Shown: in pieces, positions 41,609-50,541 of the stretch
Layout of the letters: every line of letters begins with the position of its first letter
Position numbering within the stretch: the first letter of the stretch is position 1
DNA from: an uncultured Chloroflexia bacterium
GTDB taxonomy: Bacteria; Chloroflexota; Dehalococcoidia; SM23-28-2; RBG-16-64-32
Assembly (NCBI GenBank): GCA_963717065.1
Contig: CAVQVC010000001.1
Location: 199,643-263,642, forward strand
Direction of reading: 5' to 3'
Length of the DNA stretch: 64,000 nucleotides
The notes under the pieces: model-generated
The model's input: the letters and a program-made list of their open reading frames with translations, nothing else
What the model was told of the DNA's origin: nothing
The model's database searches: none
Position numbers and translations under genes: made by a program

Positions 41609-42513
41609 GGACTTGGACTTACCTCCGCTGTGGGCGCGGGTGTCGCGGCCGCGGTTGGTGCCGGAGTCGCGGCCGGGAATATCTCGACCACTTCGACATC
41701 GAAAATTAGCGTCGCATTAGGCGGAATCGTTCCCTGGCCGGAAGCGCCGTAGGCCAGCTCCGGAGGAATAATCAGTCGCCGTTTGCCGCCCTTCTGCATC
41801 GTCGCCATGCCTTCGTCCCAACCCTTGATCACGCTTCCTGCCCCCAGGACGAACGAAAACGGCTCCGTGTTGTCGATTGAGCTGTCGAACATTGTCCCGT
41901 CCGACTGTAGCCAGCCCGTGTAATTCACGGCCAGCTTGTCGCCGTTCACGGCCGTCCCTCCCGCTCCTGGCGCGATGTCGATGTATTGCAGTCCGGATGC
42001 GGTCGTCACCGGCTGTCCCTCCACCGGAGGTGGCGATGCTGGAGGCGTGCCCGGCGTTTGCGGTGGAATCGTGGCTGTCGGCCCGGGTATGACAGTCGTG
42101 GTGGGCTGGGCGACGACGGCGTCGCTCCCGCCACCGCCTCCGAACAGCGAGACCGCTACGATCGCTCCCAGTATCACCACTACACCCAGCGCCGAGATCC
42201 CCGCGAACACGTACGGGTTGTCGAGCCAGTCCCAGAACTTCTGTCCCGCGGCTTTAACCCCCGTCGCTGGAGGCGGCGCCTCACCCGGCCGGTAGCCCTT
42301 CGCCCGAAGACGGTCGTACTCGGCCCGTGCCTTCGGGTCGCTCAGCACTTCGTACGCTTCGTCCAGCTCCTGCTTGCGCTCCGAAGCGCGGCGCTTGCGG
42401 CTTGTCTCCGGATCATAGACCTTCGAAAGCCGTTCGTACGCTGCCTCGATCTCTGCCGGCTTCGCCGACGGATTCACCTGCAATATCGAATAGTAGTCTC
42501 TACTGGTTGGCAC
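41605..42513 (-). CDS. J-domain protein with one TM helix and one FKBP-type PPIase domain
   Basis: DYYSILQV...EIEAAYERL J domain. TM helix VFAGISALGVVVILGAIVAVSLF. Pro-rich linker. FKBP domain LAVNYTGWLQSDGTMFDSS...GWDEG. Paralog of the downstream gene, 4-nt overlap. Confidence 0.8.
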   Translation of the reverse strand: MPTSRDYYSILQVNPSAKPAEIEAAYERLSKVYDPETSRKRRASERKQELDEAYEVLSDPKARAEYDRLRAKGYRPGEAPPPATGVKAAGQKFWDWLDNPYVFAGISALGVVVILGAIVAVSLFGGGGGSDAVVAQPTTTVIPGPTATIPPQTPGTPPASPPPVEGQPVTTASGLQYIDIAPGAGGTAVNGDKLAVNYTGWLQSDGTMFDSSIDNTEPFSFVLGAGSVIKGWDEGMATMQKGGKRRLIIPPELAYGASGQGTIPPNATLIFDVEVVEIFPAATPAPTAAATPAPTAEVSPSP

Positions 42514-42649
42514 TTCTCTCCCGTCTCCCCATGAAATATGCGGGCCGCATCCCCCCAGGCGCGCGCCCGCCTGTCTCCAATTGTATCGAAAGCTCGCCCT
42601 AGCCTCTAACCACTAACGTCTAACCCCTCCATCACGTACCCTGTTTCTC

Positions 42650-44246
42650 GTGCCCGAGTCCGAACTCCCGCTCCTGATCCAGGACCTCTTGCGCCCGGAG
42701 GCCTACCCACACCCCGCGGGTGAGATCCAGCTCATCCAGACTCACATCTCCTACGTTCTCATCGCCGGGGATCACGTCTACAAGATCAAGAAGCCGGTGA
42801 ATTTCGGGTTCCTGGACTTCTCGCACTCTGTCGCGCCGCCGTCATTTCTGTCGCAAAGAGGTCGAGCTCAATTCTCGTCTATGTTCGGATACGTACCTCG
42901 GCGTCGTTCCGGTTCGCCGCACGCCCTCCGGTCACGCTTTCGATGGCCCCGGCGACACCGTCGAGTACGCCGTCCACATGCGCCGCCTCCCCGCCGATCG
43001 CATGATGGACACGCTCCTGGAGCGCGGCGAGGTCACTACGGCGATGATCGAGGCGCTCGCCGCTAAGCTCGCCGCCTTTCACGCGACCGCTGAAACGAAT
43101 CCGCGCATGGCCGCCTACGGCGACTGGGCTATCCGCTACAACCAGCGCGAGAACGAGGACCAATGGGCGCCCTACGTCGGCCGTGTGCTCACGCCCGAGC
43201 AGGACCGCATCCTGCGCGCCTACACCGAGGCCTTCTTCGCGCGCAAAAGAACGTCCTCGCAGCGGCGCGTCGAGCGAGCTGCGCATCCGCCGCGTCCACG
43301 CCGACCTCCGCTCCGACGCCGTCTGCTTCACCAACGGCATCTGCGTCTTCGATTGCGTCGAGTTCAACCGCCGCATCAACGTCCTCGACGTCGCCCGCGA
43401 CACCGGCTTTCTCGCCATGGACCTCAAGTACCGAGGCCACGACGGGCTGGCCGCCGACTTCACCCGCGCCTACCTCGCCGCCGCGCAGTGATCCGGACCA
43501 CGAGGAAGTCATCGACTTCTACGCCATGTACAGTGCCTGTGTCCGCGGCAAAGTCGAGGCATTCCTCCTCGACCTCCCCGAGATATCCGATAAACAGAAG
43601 CGCGCGGCACAACAGGCCGCGAGCCGATACTTCGACCTCGCCTGCCAATACGCTGCGTCGCTTCCCCCCGCGATGCTTGTGATCACCTGCGGCCTCGCCG
43701 GCAGCGGCAAGTCCTCGCTCGCACGCGCCCTCGCGCCCGCCGGATTCGAGGTTCTCTCCTCAGACGTCGTCCGCAAGCAGCTTGCGGGCGTCGAACCGTC
43801 CGAGCACCGCTACGAGGAGTTCGAGAAGGGCATCTACGCCGGCGACACCACCGAACGCACGTACGCCGCTCTGCTGGATCAGGCTCGTCCTCTGCTCGAA
43901 CGGGGCCGCTCCGTCGATCCTCGACGCCTCCTTCCTCCGCCGCGACCACCGCCGCCGCGCCGCCCGCCTCGCGAAAGACACCGGCGCCCAGTTCGCCTGC
44001 CTCTACCTCGAAATCGACGACGCCACCGCGCGCGCCCGCATCGAACAGCGCGTCAAAGAGGGCGGCGACCCCTCAGACGCCCGCTGGCTCGTTTACCGCG
44101 GCCAGAAGCGCCGCTTGCAGAAACCCTCCGAAGTCCCCCTGGACCGCCTGGTCACCCTGGACGCTTCGCGCCCCGTCGCGCACCAGAGACGCAGCGCGAT
44201 CAAGGCGTTACGCGCGATATCCCCGCTATCGCTGGCGATCGGCTGA
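42650..44246 (+). pseudogene. bifunctional aminoglycoside-phosphotransferase-like kinase / AAA_33 P-loop kinase (Rv2004c-like), 4 frameshifts
   Basis: N-terminal THISYVLIAGDHVYKIKKPVNFGFLDFS. Kinase catalytic loop RVHADLRSDAV. C-terminal LVITCGLAGSGKSSLARAL Walker A. Pieces lie in frames 2/0/1/2/0. Confidence 0.65.
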
Positions 44247-44301
44247 TTCGCACGCACCTGTGAATAACGTTCGGTGCGGGTGCCTGATTAGATTCCCCTG
44301 G

Positions 44302-44553
44302 TCAACGCTGCTCGCTGGCGGCAGAGAGAACGGGTTCGCGCGCTTCCCCCTCAGATACGGAATCATCTTCCATCGAGCACTGGTGGTGCTTGACCTCGCC
44401 TATCGCCACCTCGAGGTGGGACCTGCAGTGGGCGCACCGGTACCAGTACTGAATCACCTGGTCGTCCATACCCGCATCGCCAATGTGCCGAGCGGACCCG
44501 GGCGGAAGTACCGTTGGTGGATTGGTCGTTGCGTCGAGCGTGATGATTGTCAT
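44302..44553 (-). CDS. hypothetical small Cys/His-containing protein (possible zinc ribbon)
   Basis: 83 aa, YRCAHC...HHQC. GGAGG RBS. Preceded by a roughly 200-nt lower-GC leader. Confidence 0.3.
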   Translation of the reverse strand: MTIITLDATTNPPTVLPPGSARHIGDAGMDDQVIQYWYRCAHCRSHLEVAIGEVKHHQCSMEDDSVSEGEAREPVLSAASEQR

Positions 44554-44767
44554 TGGACTGTCACCTCCGGTGACTTAGACGGAAGCCTCACCTCAAGGTT
44601 GCACTCCGGTGGAAGCCGATCCAGTACAAAGCAGACACACTATGCAACAGAGGCTCGAACGTTAATCGCTCCGTTACACGAGAGTTACACTCTGGCCTCG
44701 GCCGCGGCATCTGTCCCACCGCTTTGTTTGACAGGTGAGACTGCGGGCGAGCCTACCTTTCTTCCTC

Positions 44768-45196
44768 CTACCTCCCCGTCGACCCGTGCCCCCCCGAGTC
44801 CCGAGCCGTCGCGCTCAGCTCCTCCGCCGCCTCCAGCGTCACCTCTGCTACCCGGCTGATCACCAGCTGCGCGATCCGGTCGCCGTCGTGCACCACGTGC
44901 GGCTCGCGGTACGGCAGCACGTACATCGTCACCAGCAGCTCCCCCCGGTAGTCCGCGTCGATCGTCCCCAGCGTCACCATCACGCCCTTCGACGAAAGCC
45001 CCGACCGCGGCCGTATCTGCACATCGAGCCCCACCGGCGCCTCGATCGCCACCCCCGTCGGCACCTTCACCGGCTCCTGCCCCACCTCCAGCGGCTCCCC
45101 CACGCACGCGTACAGGTCGTATCCCGTAGCCCCCGGCGTCGCTCGCTCCGGCATCAGCGCCCCCTCCCGCAGCACCTTCACCCGCACCGTCTCCAA
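44768..45196 (-). CDS. dut: dUTP diphosphatase
   Basis: ATGYDLYA, GLSSKGV and TIDADYRGE dUTPase motifs. GGAGG RBS. Confidence 0.85.
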   Translation of the reverse strand: METVRVKVLREGALMPERATPGATGYDLYACVGEPLEVGQEPVKVPTGVAIEAPVGLDVQIRPRSGLSSKGVMVTLGTIDADYRGELLVTMYVLPYREPHVVHDGDRIAQLVISRVAEVTLEAAEELSATARDSGGHGSTGR

Positions 45197-45212
45197 ATCG
45201 GACCTCCTACAC

Positions 45213-45290
45213 CGTTCGCCCTGAGGAATCGAAGGGTCGCATCGACGCCAGCGCAGAGTGAGGAACCGAACTCGGAGCGTTTAGCACGCT
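45213..45290. repeat. intergenic copy of the CGCCCTGAGG stem-loop module of the palindromic repeat family
   Basis: GTTCGCCCTGAGGAATCGAAGGG matches the copy at 48170-48200. Confidence 0.45.
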
Positions 45291-45726
45291 AGCTTTGCGA
45301 AACACCATCTGTCATCTCGATCGCGGGAATCATCTCTCGCTCGAACTCCCTTAGCCGCTCCGGCCCTAGCTCCTCGATCCGCGCCAAACACGCCCCAACC
45401 TCCAACACCAAGCCCTCCACATCGATTCCCAAACAGACCGGTCTGTACGGCTCCATTAGCCGCAGCGAGTCCGACAGCAGGTTCACCGCCCCCTTGTAGT
45501 TGTCCCGCAGCACATGGTGGAACCCCGCCGCCGCCTTGATCAACCCCTGGTAGAAGTTCGTCGCCCCCGCCGGCTCCCCCTTCGCCCCCGACTCCCGCCA
45601 CACGTCCTCCAGCGTCTCGTGGCAATCGTAAAACCGCCACGAATTAAACTCCTCTACCGCCTTCCGCAGCTCCTCCATCGCCTCCGGCGACACCTCAATT
45701 GACGCTGCCCTTGAACTCATGCCCAT
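45289..45726 (-). CDS. DUF309 domain protein
   Basis: EFNSWRFYDCHETLEDVWRE signature of DUF309. Start uncertain (the ORF extends to 45843). Confidence 0.55.
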   Translation of the reverse strand: MGMSSRAASIEVSPEAMEELRKAVEEFNSWRFYDCHETLEDVWRESGAKGEPAGATNFYQGLIKAAAGFHHVLRDNYKGAVNLLSDSLRLMEPYRPVCLGIDVEGLVLEVGACLARIEELGPERLREFEREMIPAIEMTDGVSQS

Positions 45727-45808
45727 AGCGTTGCCGTTTGCGATGAACCCGTCAAGCCGATACCCGGCGGAACGAAGTTCCATTCGATGCGCTGCTACAA
45801 TTGCTTCG

Positions 45809-46702
45809 ATGAAGATCGTGGGTCTTGGGGCATGCGCATTCATCGTCCTGGCGAGCTTTGGAGTCGTCCTCTGGAAATCCTTGTCTGCTGAAACCGAGTC
45901 GGACGATGTCGTGCAGTACTCACAAGATCCTCGCGATGTGATAGAAGCGAGCGTCGCAAAATTCGAGGATCTGTCCTCATACAGCGTCTTGATCTCATCG
46001 AAGACGGCAGAAGACGAGATTCTGACGAAGACGGAAGAATATTACGCGACCATTGACGTGCGGTTGCCGTCCTGGACTCACCAGACCGTCTACAACCACA
46101 ACTTTGAGGCGGTCACCAATGGCGAGAGTGCCTGGATCGAGGACTGCGCCGGCGCCGCGCAAGATTGCGAATGGGTGAAGTGGCCCTATAGTCAGTACAT
46201 CGTGTCCAATCCCGGGGATCCGTTCGAAGAGACGTATGGCGTCGTCGCGCTCGATATGTCCAGCGATGTCGAAATACTTGTAGTGACGGAGGGAGATCGC
46301 CCCCTAGCCAATTTGAGAGGAACCGTCAATCCGGTGCGAGTAGGCATCGAGAACTTCGTTCGCCAACAAGCCGCAGCACAAGGCGCCATGACTATCGGAC
46401 AACACTGTGGCCAGGAGATCCCGGATGCTCCAACCCCCGTTCCCGGGTCGTGTCCAGACCTTGGCGCGGTACTTCAACAATTGCTCGGCCCGGGGGCCGC
46501 CGGTGTGCGTTTCTACGACGACCATCCGGCTACACTGTACGCTGTGATCGACCTTGACAGACTTCAGATAAAGGAAGTGTCCATCTCCGCCGAGCAGGCG
46601 CCCGAATCTGGCGGATTGTACTGGTTTCAAGCGAGCTACTCGGGCTTCAACGACGTGTCCGTTGAACCCCCGGCCAACGCACGTGACTACGACGCCAGTT
46701 AG
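45809..46702 (+). CDS. membrane-anchored hypothetical protein of atypical (lower) GC content
   Basis: N-terminal TM MKIVGLGACAFIVLASFGVVLW. No known domain. GC visibly lower (about 55%) than flanks. Confidence 0.5.
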   Translation: MKIVGLGACAFIVLASFGVVLWKSLSAETESDDVVQYSQDPRDVIEASVAKFEDLSSYSVLISSKTAEDEILTKTEEYYATIDVRLPSWTHQTVYNHNFEAVTNGESAWIEDCAGAAQDCEWVKWPYSQYIVSNPGDPFEETYGVVALDMSSDVEILVVTEGDRPLANLRGTVNPVRVGIENFVRQQAAAQGAMTIGQHCGQEIPDAPTPVPGSCPDLGAVLQQLLGPGAAGVRFYDDHPATLYAVIDLDRLQIKEVSISAEQAPESGGLYWFQASYSGFNDVSVEPPANARDYDAS

Positions 46703-46985
46703 TAGATTCTCGCGCTGTCCGTGCTACCCTGTGCCCATCCGTGGCTAACCAACCCGACCCCGCCGAGCTCGCCATCGCCAATGCCCTCTTCGCCTCCGTC
46801 GCCGACGAGATGGGCGTCACTCTCGGCCGCACCGCGCACTCCCCCAACATCAAGGAGCGGCGCGACTACTCCTGCGCAGTCTTCGACCCCAGCGGCCGCC
46901 TCGTCGCCCAGGCCGCGCACATCCCAGTCCACCTCGGCGCTATGCCCACCGCCGTCGAAGCCGCAATCAATGCCGCTCACCCTGA

Positions 46986-47050
46986 GGAGTCCCTTCGGTC
47001 TCGCAGAGCGGGGGCGAAGGGACGTCTCGAAGGGTTAAGCCCCGGCGACA
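46986..47050. repeat. intragenic palindromic repeat (variant with CTCACCCTGAGG start and GTCCCTTCG/CGAAGGGAC stem) adding 20 aa to HyuB
   Basis: In-frame insert EESLRSRRAGAKGRLEGLSP between the conserved AINAAHP and GDIVILNDPY. Confidence 0.5.
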
Positions 47051-47146
47051 TCGTCATCCTCAACGACCCCTACCTCGGCGGCACCCACCTCCCCGACATC
47101 ACCATGGTCTCCCCCGTCTTCCTTACAAACCCGTCCACGCCTCGAT

Positions 47147-47208
47147 CCGCTCGCCCTGAGGTTCTCGTAGGGCGAGCGGCTGCACAACGGTCCGAACCGG
47201 TACTCATC
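47147..47208. repeat. intragenic copy of stem-loop module CCGCTCGCCCTGAGGTTCTCGTAGGGCGAGCGG (12-bp perfect stem)
   Basis: Adds about 25 aa (TNPSTPRSARPEVLVGRAAAQRSEP) to HyuB. Confidence 0.6.
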
Positions 47209-47604
47209 GGCTTCGTCGCCTCCCGCGCCCACCACGCAGACGTCGGCGGCATCTCCCCCGGCTCCATGCCCATCGCCGAGGAGCTTACCCAGGAAGGCGT
47301 CGTCATCCCCCCGATCAAGCTGTACGACCGCGGTCGCCTCAACCAGCCCGTCCTCGACCTCCTCCTCCGCAACATGCGCGCCCCCGACGAACGCCGCGCC
47401 GACCTCGACGCCCAGATCGCCGCCAACCGCACCGGCGAGGCCCGCCTGCGCGAGATCATCGACCGCTACGGATTGCGCCGCTCGCAGCAACTGATGCGCG
47501 CCCTGATGGACTACGCCGAGCACATGACCCTCGCCGCCATCGCCGCCATCCCCGACGGCGCCTACACATTCGAAGACTTCCTCGATGACGACGGCAGCGA
47601 ATCT

Positions 47605-47727
47605 GTCATTATGAGGGACGAAGAATCCGGGGGGGTGGGGCCAACGCCTCGAATCACCACAACGTCGCGATCCGCTCGCCCTGAGGCACTCGTAGGGCGA
47701 GCAGCGGCAGAACGTCCCGAGTCAGGT
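47605..47727. repeat. intragenic full-length repeat copy (GTCATTATGAGG... plus CCGCTCGCCCTGAGG stem-loop), about 123 bp
   Basis: Adds about 45 aa in frame (SESVIMRDEESGGVGPTPRITTTSRSARPEALVGRAAAERPESG). Confidence 0.65.
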
Positions 47728-48102
47728 GACCCCATCCCGATTCGCGTCACCGTCACCATCTCCGGCGACACCCTCCACGCCGACTTCACCGGCTCCGCCC
47801 CCGAGCGTCCCACCTCCATCAACGCCGTCGCCGCCGTCACCCGCTCCGCCGTCTACTACGTCGTCCGCTGCCTCCTCGACGACAGCGTCCCCTCCAACGA
47901 CGGCTGCTTCCGGCCCGTCACCGTCACCCTCCCCGAGCGCTCCGTCGTCAACGCCGGCCCCCCGCGCGCCGTCGCCGCCGGCAACGTCGAGACCTCCCAG
48001 CGCATCACCGACGTCGTCCTCGGCGCCCTCTCGAAGGCCCTCCCCGACGTCATTCCCGCCGCCTCCCAGGGCACCATGAACAACATCACCATCGGTGGAA
48101 AT

Positions 48103-48215
48103 GTCATCCTGAGGCACGAAGGATCTGGCGAGGAGGGGTCGACGCTCCGTTCCAGCGAGATGCCCCGACTCGCTCGCCCTGAGGAATCGAAGGGCGAGCG
48201 GCAGTGACAACGCCT
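48103..48215. repeat. intragenic full-length repeat copy, about 113 bp, containing the frame break/stop of hyuB
   Basis: GTCATCCTGAGGCACGAAGGATCTGGCG...CGCTCGCCCTGAGGAATCGAAGGGCGAGCGGCAGTGA. Confidence 0.65.
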
Positions 48216-48538
48216 CGCCGGCCCAATTCGCCTACTACGAGACCATCGCCGGCGGCGCCGGCGGCTCCCCCACCGCTCCCGGCCTCGACGCCGTCCACAC
48301 CCACATGACGAACACCCTCAACACCCCCGTCGAGGCCCTCGAGATGGCCTATCCCTTCCGCGTAATCGAATACTCTGTCCGCCGCGGCTCCGGCGGCGCC
48401 GGACGCCACCCCGGCGGCGACGGCGTGACCCGTACCTACGAGTTCCTTGCCCTCGCCACCGTCACCCTGGTCACCGACCGCCGCACCCTCGCCCCCTACG
48501 GCCTCGCCGGCGGCCATCCCGGCACCCCCGGTCGAAAT

Positions 48539-48662
48539 GTCATTATGAGGAACGAAGAGTCCGGGGAAGAGGGGTCAACGCCCCGTTCTGGTGAGGCGCC
48601 ACGACCCGCTCGTCCTGAGGTTCTCGTAGGACGAGCGGCAGGACAACGTCCCGATCACGAAG
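48539..48662. repeat. intragenic full-length repeat copy, about 124 bp, in-frame
   Basis: GTCATTATGAGGAACGAAGAGTCCGGGG...CCGCTCGTCCTGAGGTTCTCGTAGGACGAGCGG. Adds NVIMRNEESGEEGSTPRSGEAPRPARPEVLVGRAAGQRPDHE. Confidence 0.65.
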
Positions 48663-48810
48663 CATTTGAGCCTACCACCCTCCCCTCCAAGGTCCGCCTT
48701 ACCGTCTCCCCCGGCGACCGCCTCATCATCGAAACCCCCGGCGGCGGTGGCTGGGGCCGCAAGCGATCTTCCCTCTCCCGCTCACGGCAGAGGGGAGGGG
48801 GTGAGGGCAA

Positions 48811-49506
48811 ATGACCGACCCACTTTCAGCCGCCTACGACGCTACCTGGTCCCGCTTCCAGAGCCTCACCACCCTCGACGGCGAGCTCAACACAGTGGAC
48901 TCCGCCTGGGCCCGTGGCCGCAGCGAATACCTCGCCTTCCTCATCCCCGTCAACGACCCGGAGGCTGTCGCCTACGTCCGCCCGCTCGCTGAGGGAATCG
49001 CCCACATCCCGGGCGTCGAACCCTACCCCGAGCCTTACTGGCACATCACGATCAAAGGCGCCGGTTTCCTCTGCGAACCGGGCGACAAGCACGACGAAGT
49101 ATCGCCCGCCCGGCTTGAAACCATGACGCCGCTCGCCGCGGCCGTCTTCGCCGCTCTGCCACCGTTCGACATAACACTCGGACGCATAAACGGCTTCGCC
49201 GAAGTCGTCATCATCGAAGTCTGGAACAGCCTTCCCGTCCGCGACCTGAACGCCCGCCTCCTGGAGGCCGTCCCCGGCATCTACCGCCAGCCCTTCGACG
49301 GCCCACTCTTCCTCCCACACATCAGCATCGCCCGATACACCTCAGGCGAAGGCCTCGCGCAGCTCAAGACCACCCTCACCCGTCTCCGCGAACAACCCCG
49401 CGGGCCCACCCTTCGCGTAGACACCGTCGACCTCATCCGCGCCGAGCTCACCTACACCATCCCCACCCTCCACCCCCTCCGACGCTACCCCCTCGCCCAA
49501 AGCTGA
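48811..49506 (+). CDS. 2H phosphoesterase superfamily protein (LigT/2'-5' RNA ligase-like)
   Basis: Two H-x-T/S-x motifs (HITIKG and HISIARY) at the typical spacing. 231 aa. 4-nt overlap with hyuB. Confidence 0.55.
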   Translation: MTDPLSAAYDATWSRFQSLTTLDGELNTVDSAWARGRSEYLAFLIPVNDPEAVAYVRPLAEGIAHIPGVEPYPEPYWHITIKGAGFLCEPGDKHDEVSPARLETMTPLAAAVFAALPPFDITLGRINGFAEVVIIEVWNSLPVRDLNARLLEAVPGIYRQPFDGPLFLPHISIARYTSGEGLAQLKTTLTRLREQPRGPTLRVDTVDLIRAELTYTIPTLHPLRRYPLAQS

Positions 49507-49527
49507 CGTCTGATAGCGACGCCTAAG

Positions 49528-50541
49528 CTACGCCAGGCACCGCAGCGGCTGACCCCCGTTGTACGCCACGATATCGGGCACCACCGACCCCAGCGCCAGC
49601 GGCGTACCCGGCGCCTCGCCCCGCAGCTCGCTGTACGCGCGGTGCAGGTTGCCTACTAGTCGCTCCGGGTCGAGCAGCTCCGAGAACCGTCCCAGGTCTG
49701 TCTCCCGAGCCACCTCCAGTGGCGCCGCCCCCGCCTCGAACCCCTTCTTGGCCACGTCCTGCAGCCAGCGCAGGTAGTCCTCCTGCGCCGCGAACGCCTC
49801 CGCGCTGCAAACGGGCCCGTGCCCCGGCACGATCGTCTCCGCCCCCAGCACCTTGAGCCGCTCCAGCGCCGTCAGCCAGCCCGACACCGACCCCATCATC
49901 GCGAACGGCGTCCCCCCGTTGAACACCAGGTCCCCGGTGAACAGCACCTTCCGCTCCGGAATCCAGGCCACAATATCGTTCGTCGTGTGCGCCGGCCCCA
50001 TGTAGATCAGCTCTACCCGGAGGTCGCCCACCCACAGTGTCAGCCGTTCCTCGAACGTCACCTCTGGCGGCGCGATCCGTATCTCACCCCACTCGACGCC
50101 CGGGAACAGCCCCGTCGTCCCGTGCCCCGCCGCGATCACCTCTTCGCGGCACTTCTCGTGCCCCACGATCGTCGCTCCGGCGGCCTGTCCGCCCGAGGCG
50201 GAAAACACCCAGTTCCCGTGCGTGTGGTCGCCGTGGTGGTGCGTATTCACCAGCGTCTTGATGACCACGGACGGTTGATCCGCTCGTCCTGAGGCTCTCG
50301 TAGGACGAGCGGCGGTCACACGCCCCGCCGTCCGCTCTACTGCCTCCCGAAACCAGCGCGACCGCCGCTCGGTGAAGCACGTGTCGATCACCAGCACCGA
50401 CTCCTCACCCACGATGAAGCCCGTATTGTTCAGTCCCCAGCTCCCATCGAGCTGCACGTAGCCGAACACCCCCGAGCTCACCTCTTCGATCGAAGGCAGT
50501 GGTATCTCAACGTGGTCCGGATCACTCGCAGATGTCATCAC
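49528..50541 (-). CDS. MBL-fold metallo-hydrolase with an in-frame palindromic-repeat insertion
   Basis: HHHGDHTHGN metal-binding motif. Insertion GRVTAARPTRASGRADQPS (element at 50272-50325) sits just N-terminal of it. An ATG start at 50538 is also possible. Confidence 0.75.
   Translation of the reverse strand: MMTSASDPDHVEIPLPSIEEVSSGVFGYVQLDGSWGLNNTGFIVGEESVLVIDTCFTERRSRWFREAVERTAGRVTAARPTRASGRADQPSVVIKTLVNTHHHGDHTHGNWVFSASGGQAAGATIVGHEKCREEVIAAGHGTTGLFPGVEWGEIRIAPPEVTFEERLTLWVGDLRVELIYMGPAHTTNDIVAWIPERKVLFTGDLVFNGGTPFAMMGSVSGWLTALERLKVLGAETIVPGHGPVCSAEAFAAQEDYLRWLQDVAKKGFEAGAAPLEVARETDLGRFSELLDPERLVGNLHRAYSELRGEAPGTPLALGSVVPDIVAYNGGQPLRCLA
50272..50325. repeat. intragenic copy of stem-loop module TGATCCGCTCGTCCTGAGGCTCTCGTAGGACGAGCGG inside the MBL hydrolase gene (opposite orientation relative to the coding strand)
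   Basis: Same module as at 47147 and 48600. Confidence 0.6.

Larger units (their letters stand above)
46741..48814 (+). pseudogene. hyuB: hydantoinase B/oxoprolinase family protein (HyuB) carrying five intragenic palindromic-repeat insertions; frame breaks inside the fourth insertion
   Basis: HyuB blocks DYSCAVFD, GDIVILNDPYLGGTHLPD, QGTMNN, FAYYETIAGGAGG and DAVHTHMTNTLNTPVEALE. Insertions sit at about 46986, 47147, 47605, 48103 and 48539. A TGA in the element at 48205 ends frame 1 and the protein continues in frame 2. Confidence 0.75.

Noticed and set aside
46975-50330. Inteins as explanation for the extra peptide segments in HyuB and the MBL hydrolase
   Set aside because: The inserts are 20-45 aa, lack intein splicing motifs (no Cys/Ser+1, no HN-C/S/T junction), and are nucleotide-level copies of a dispersed repeat.
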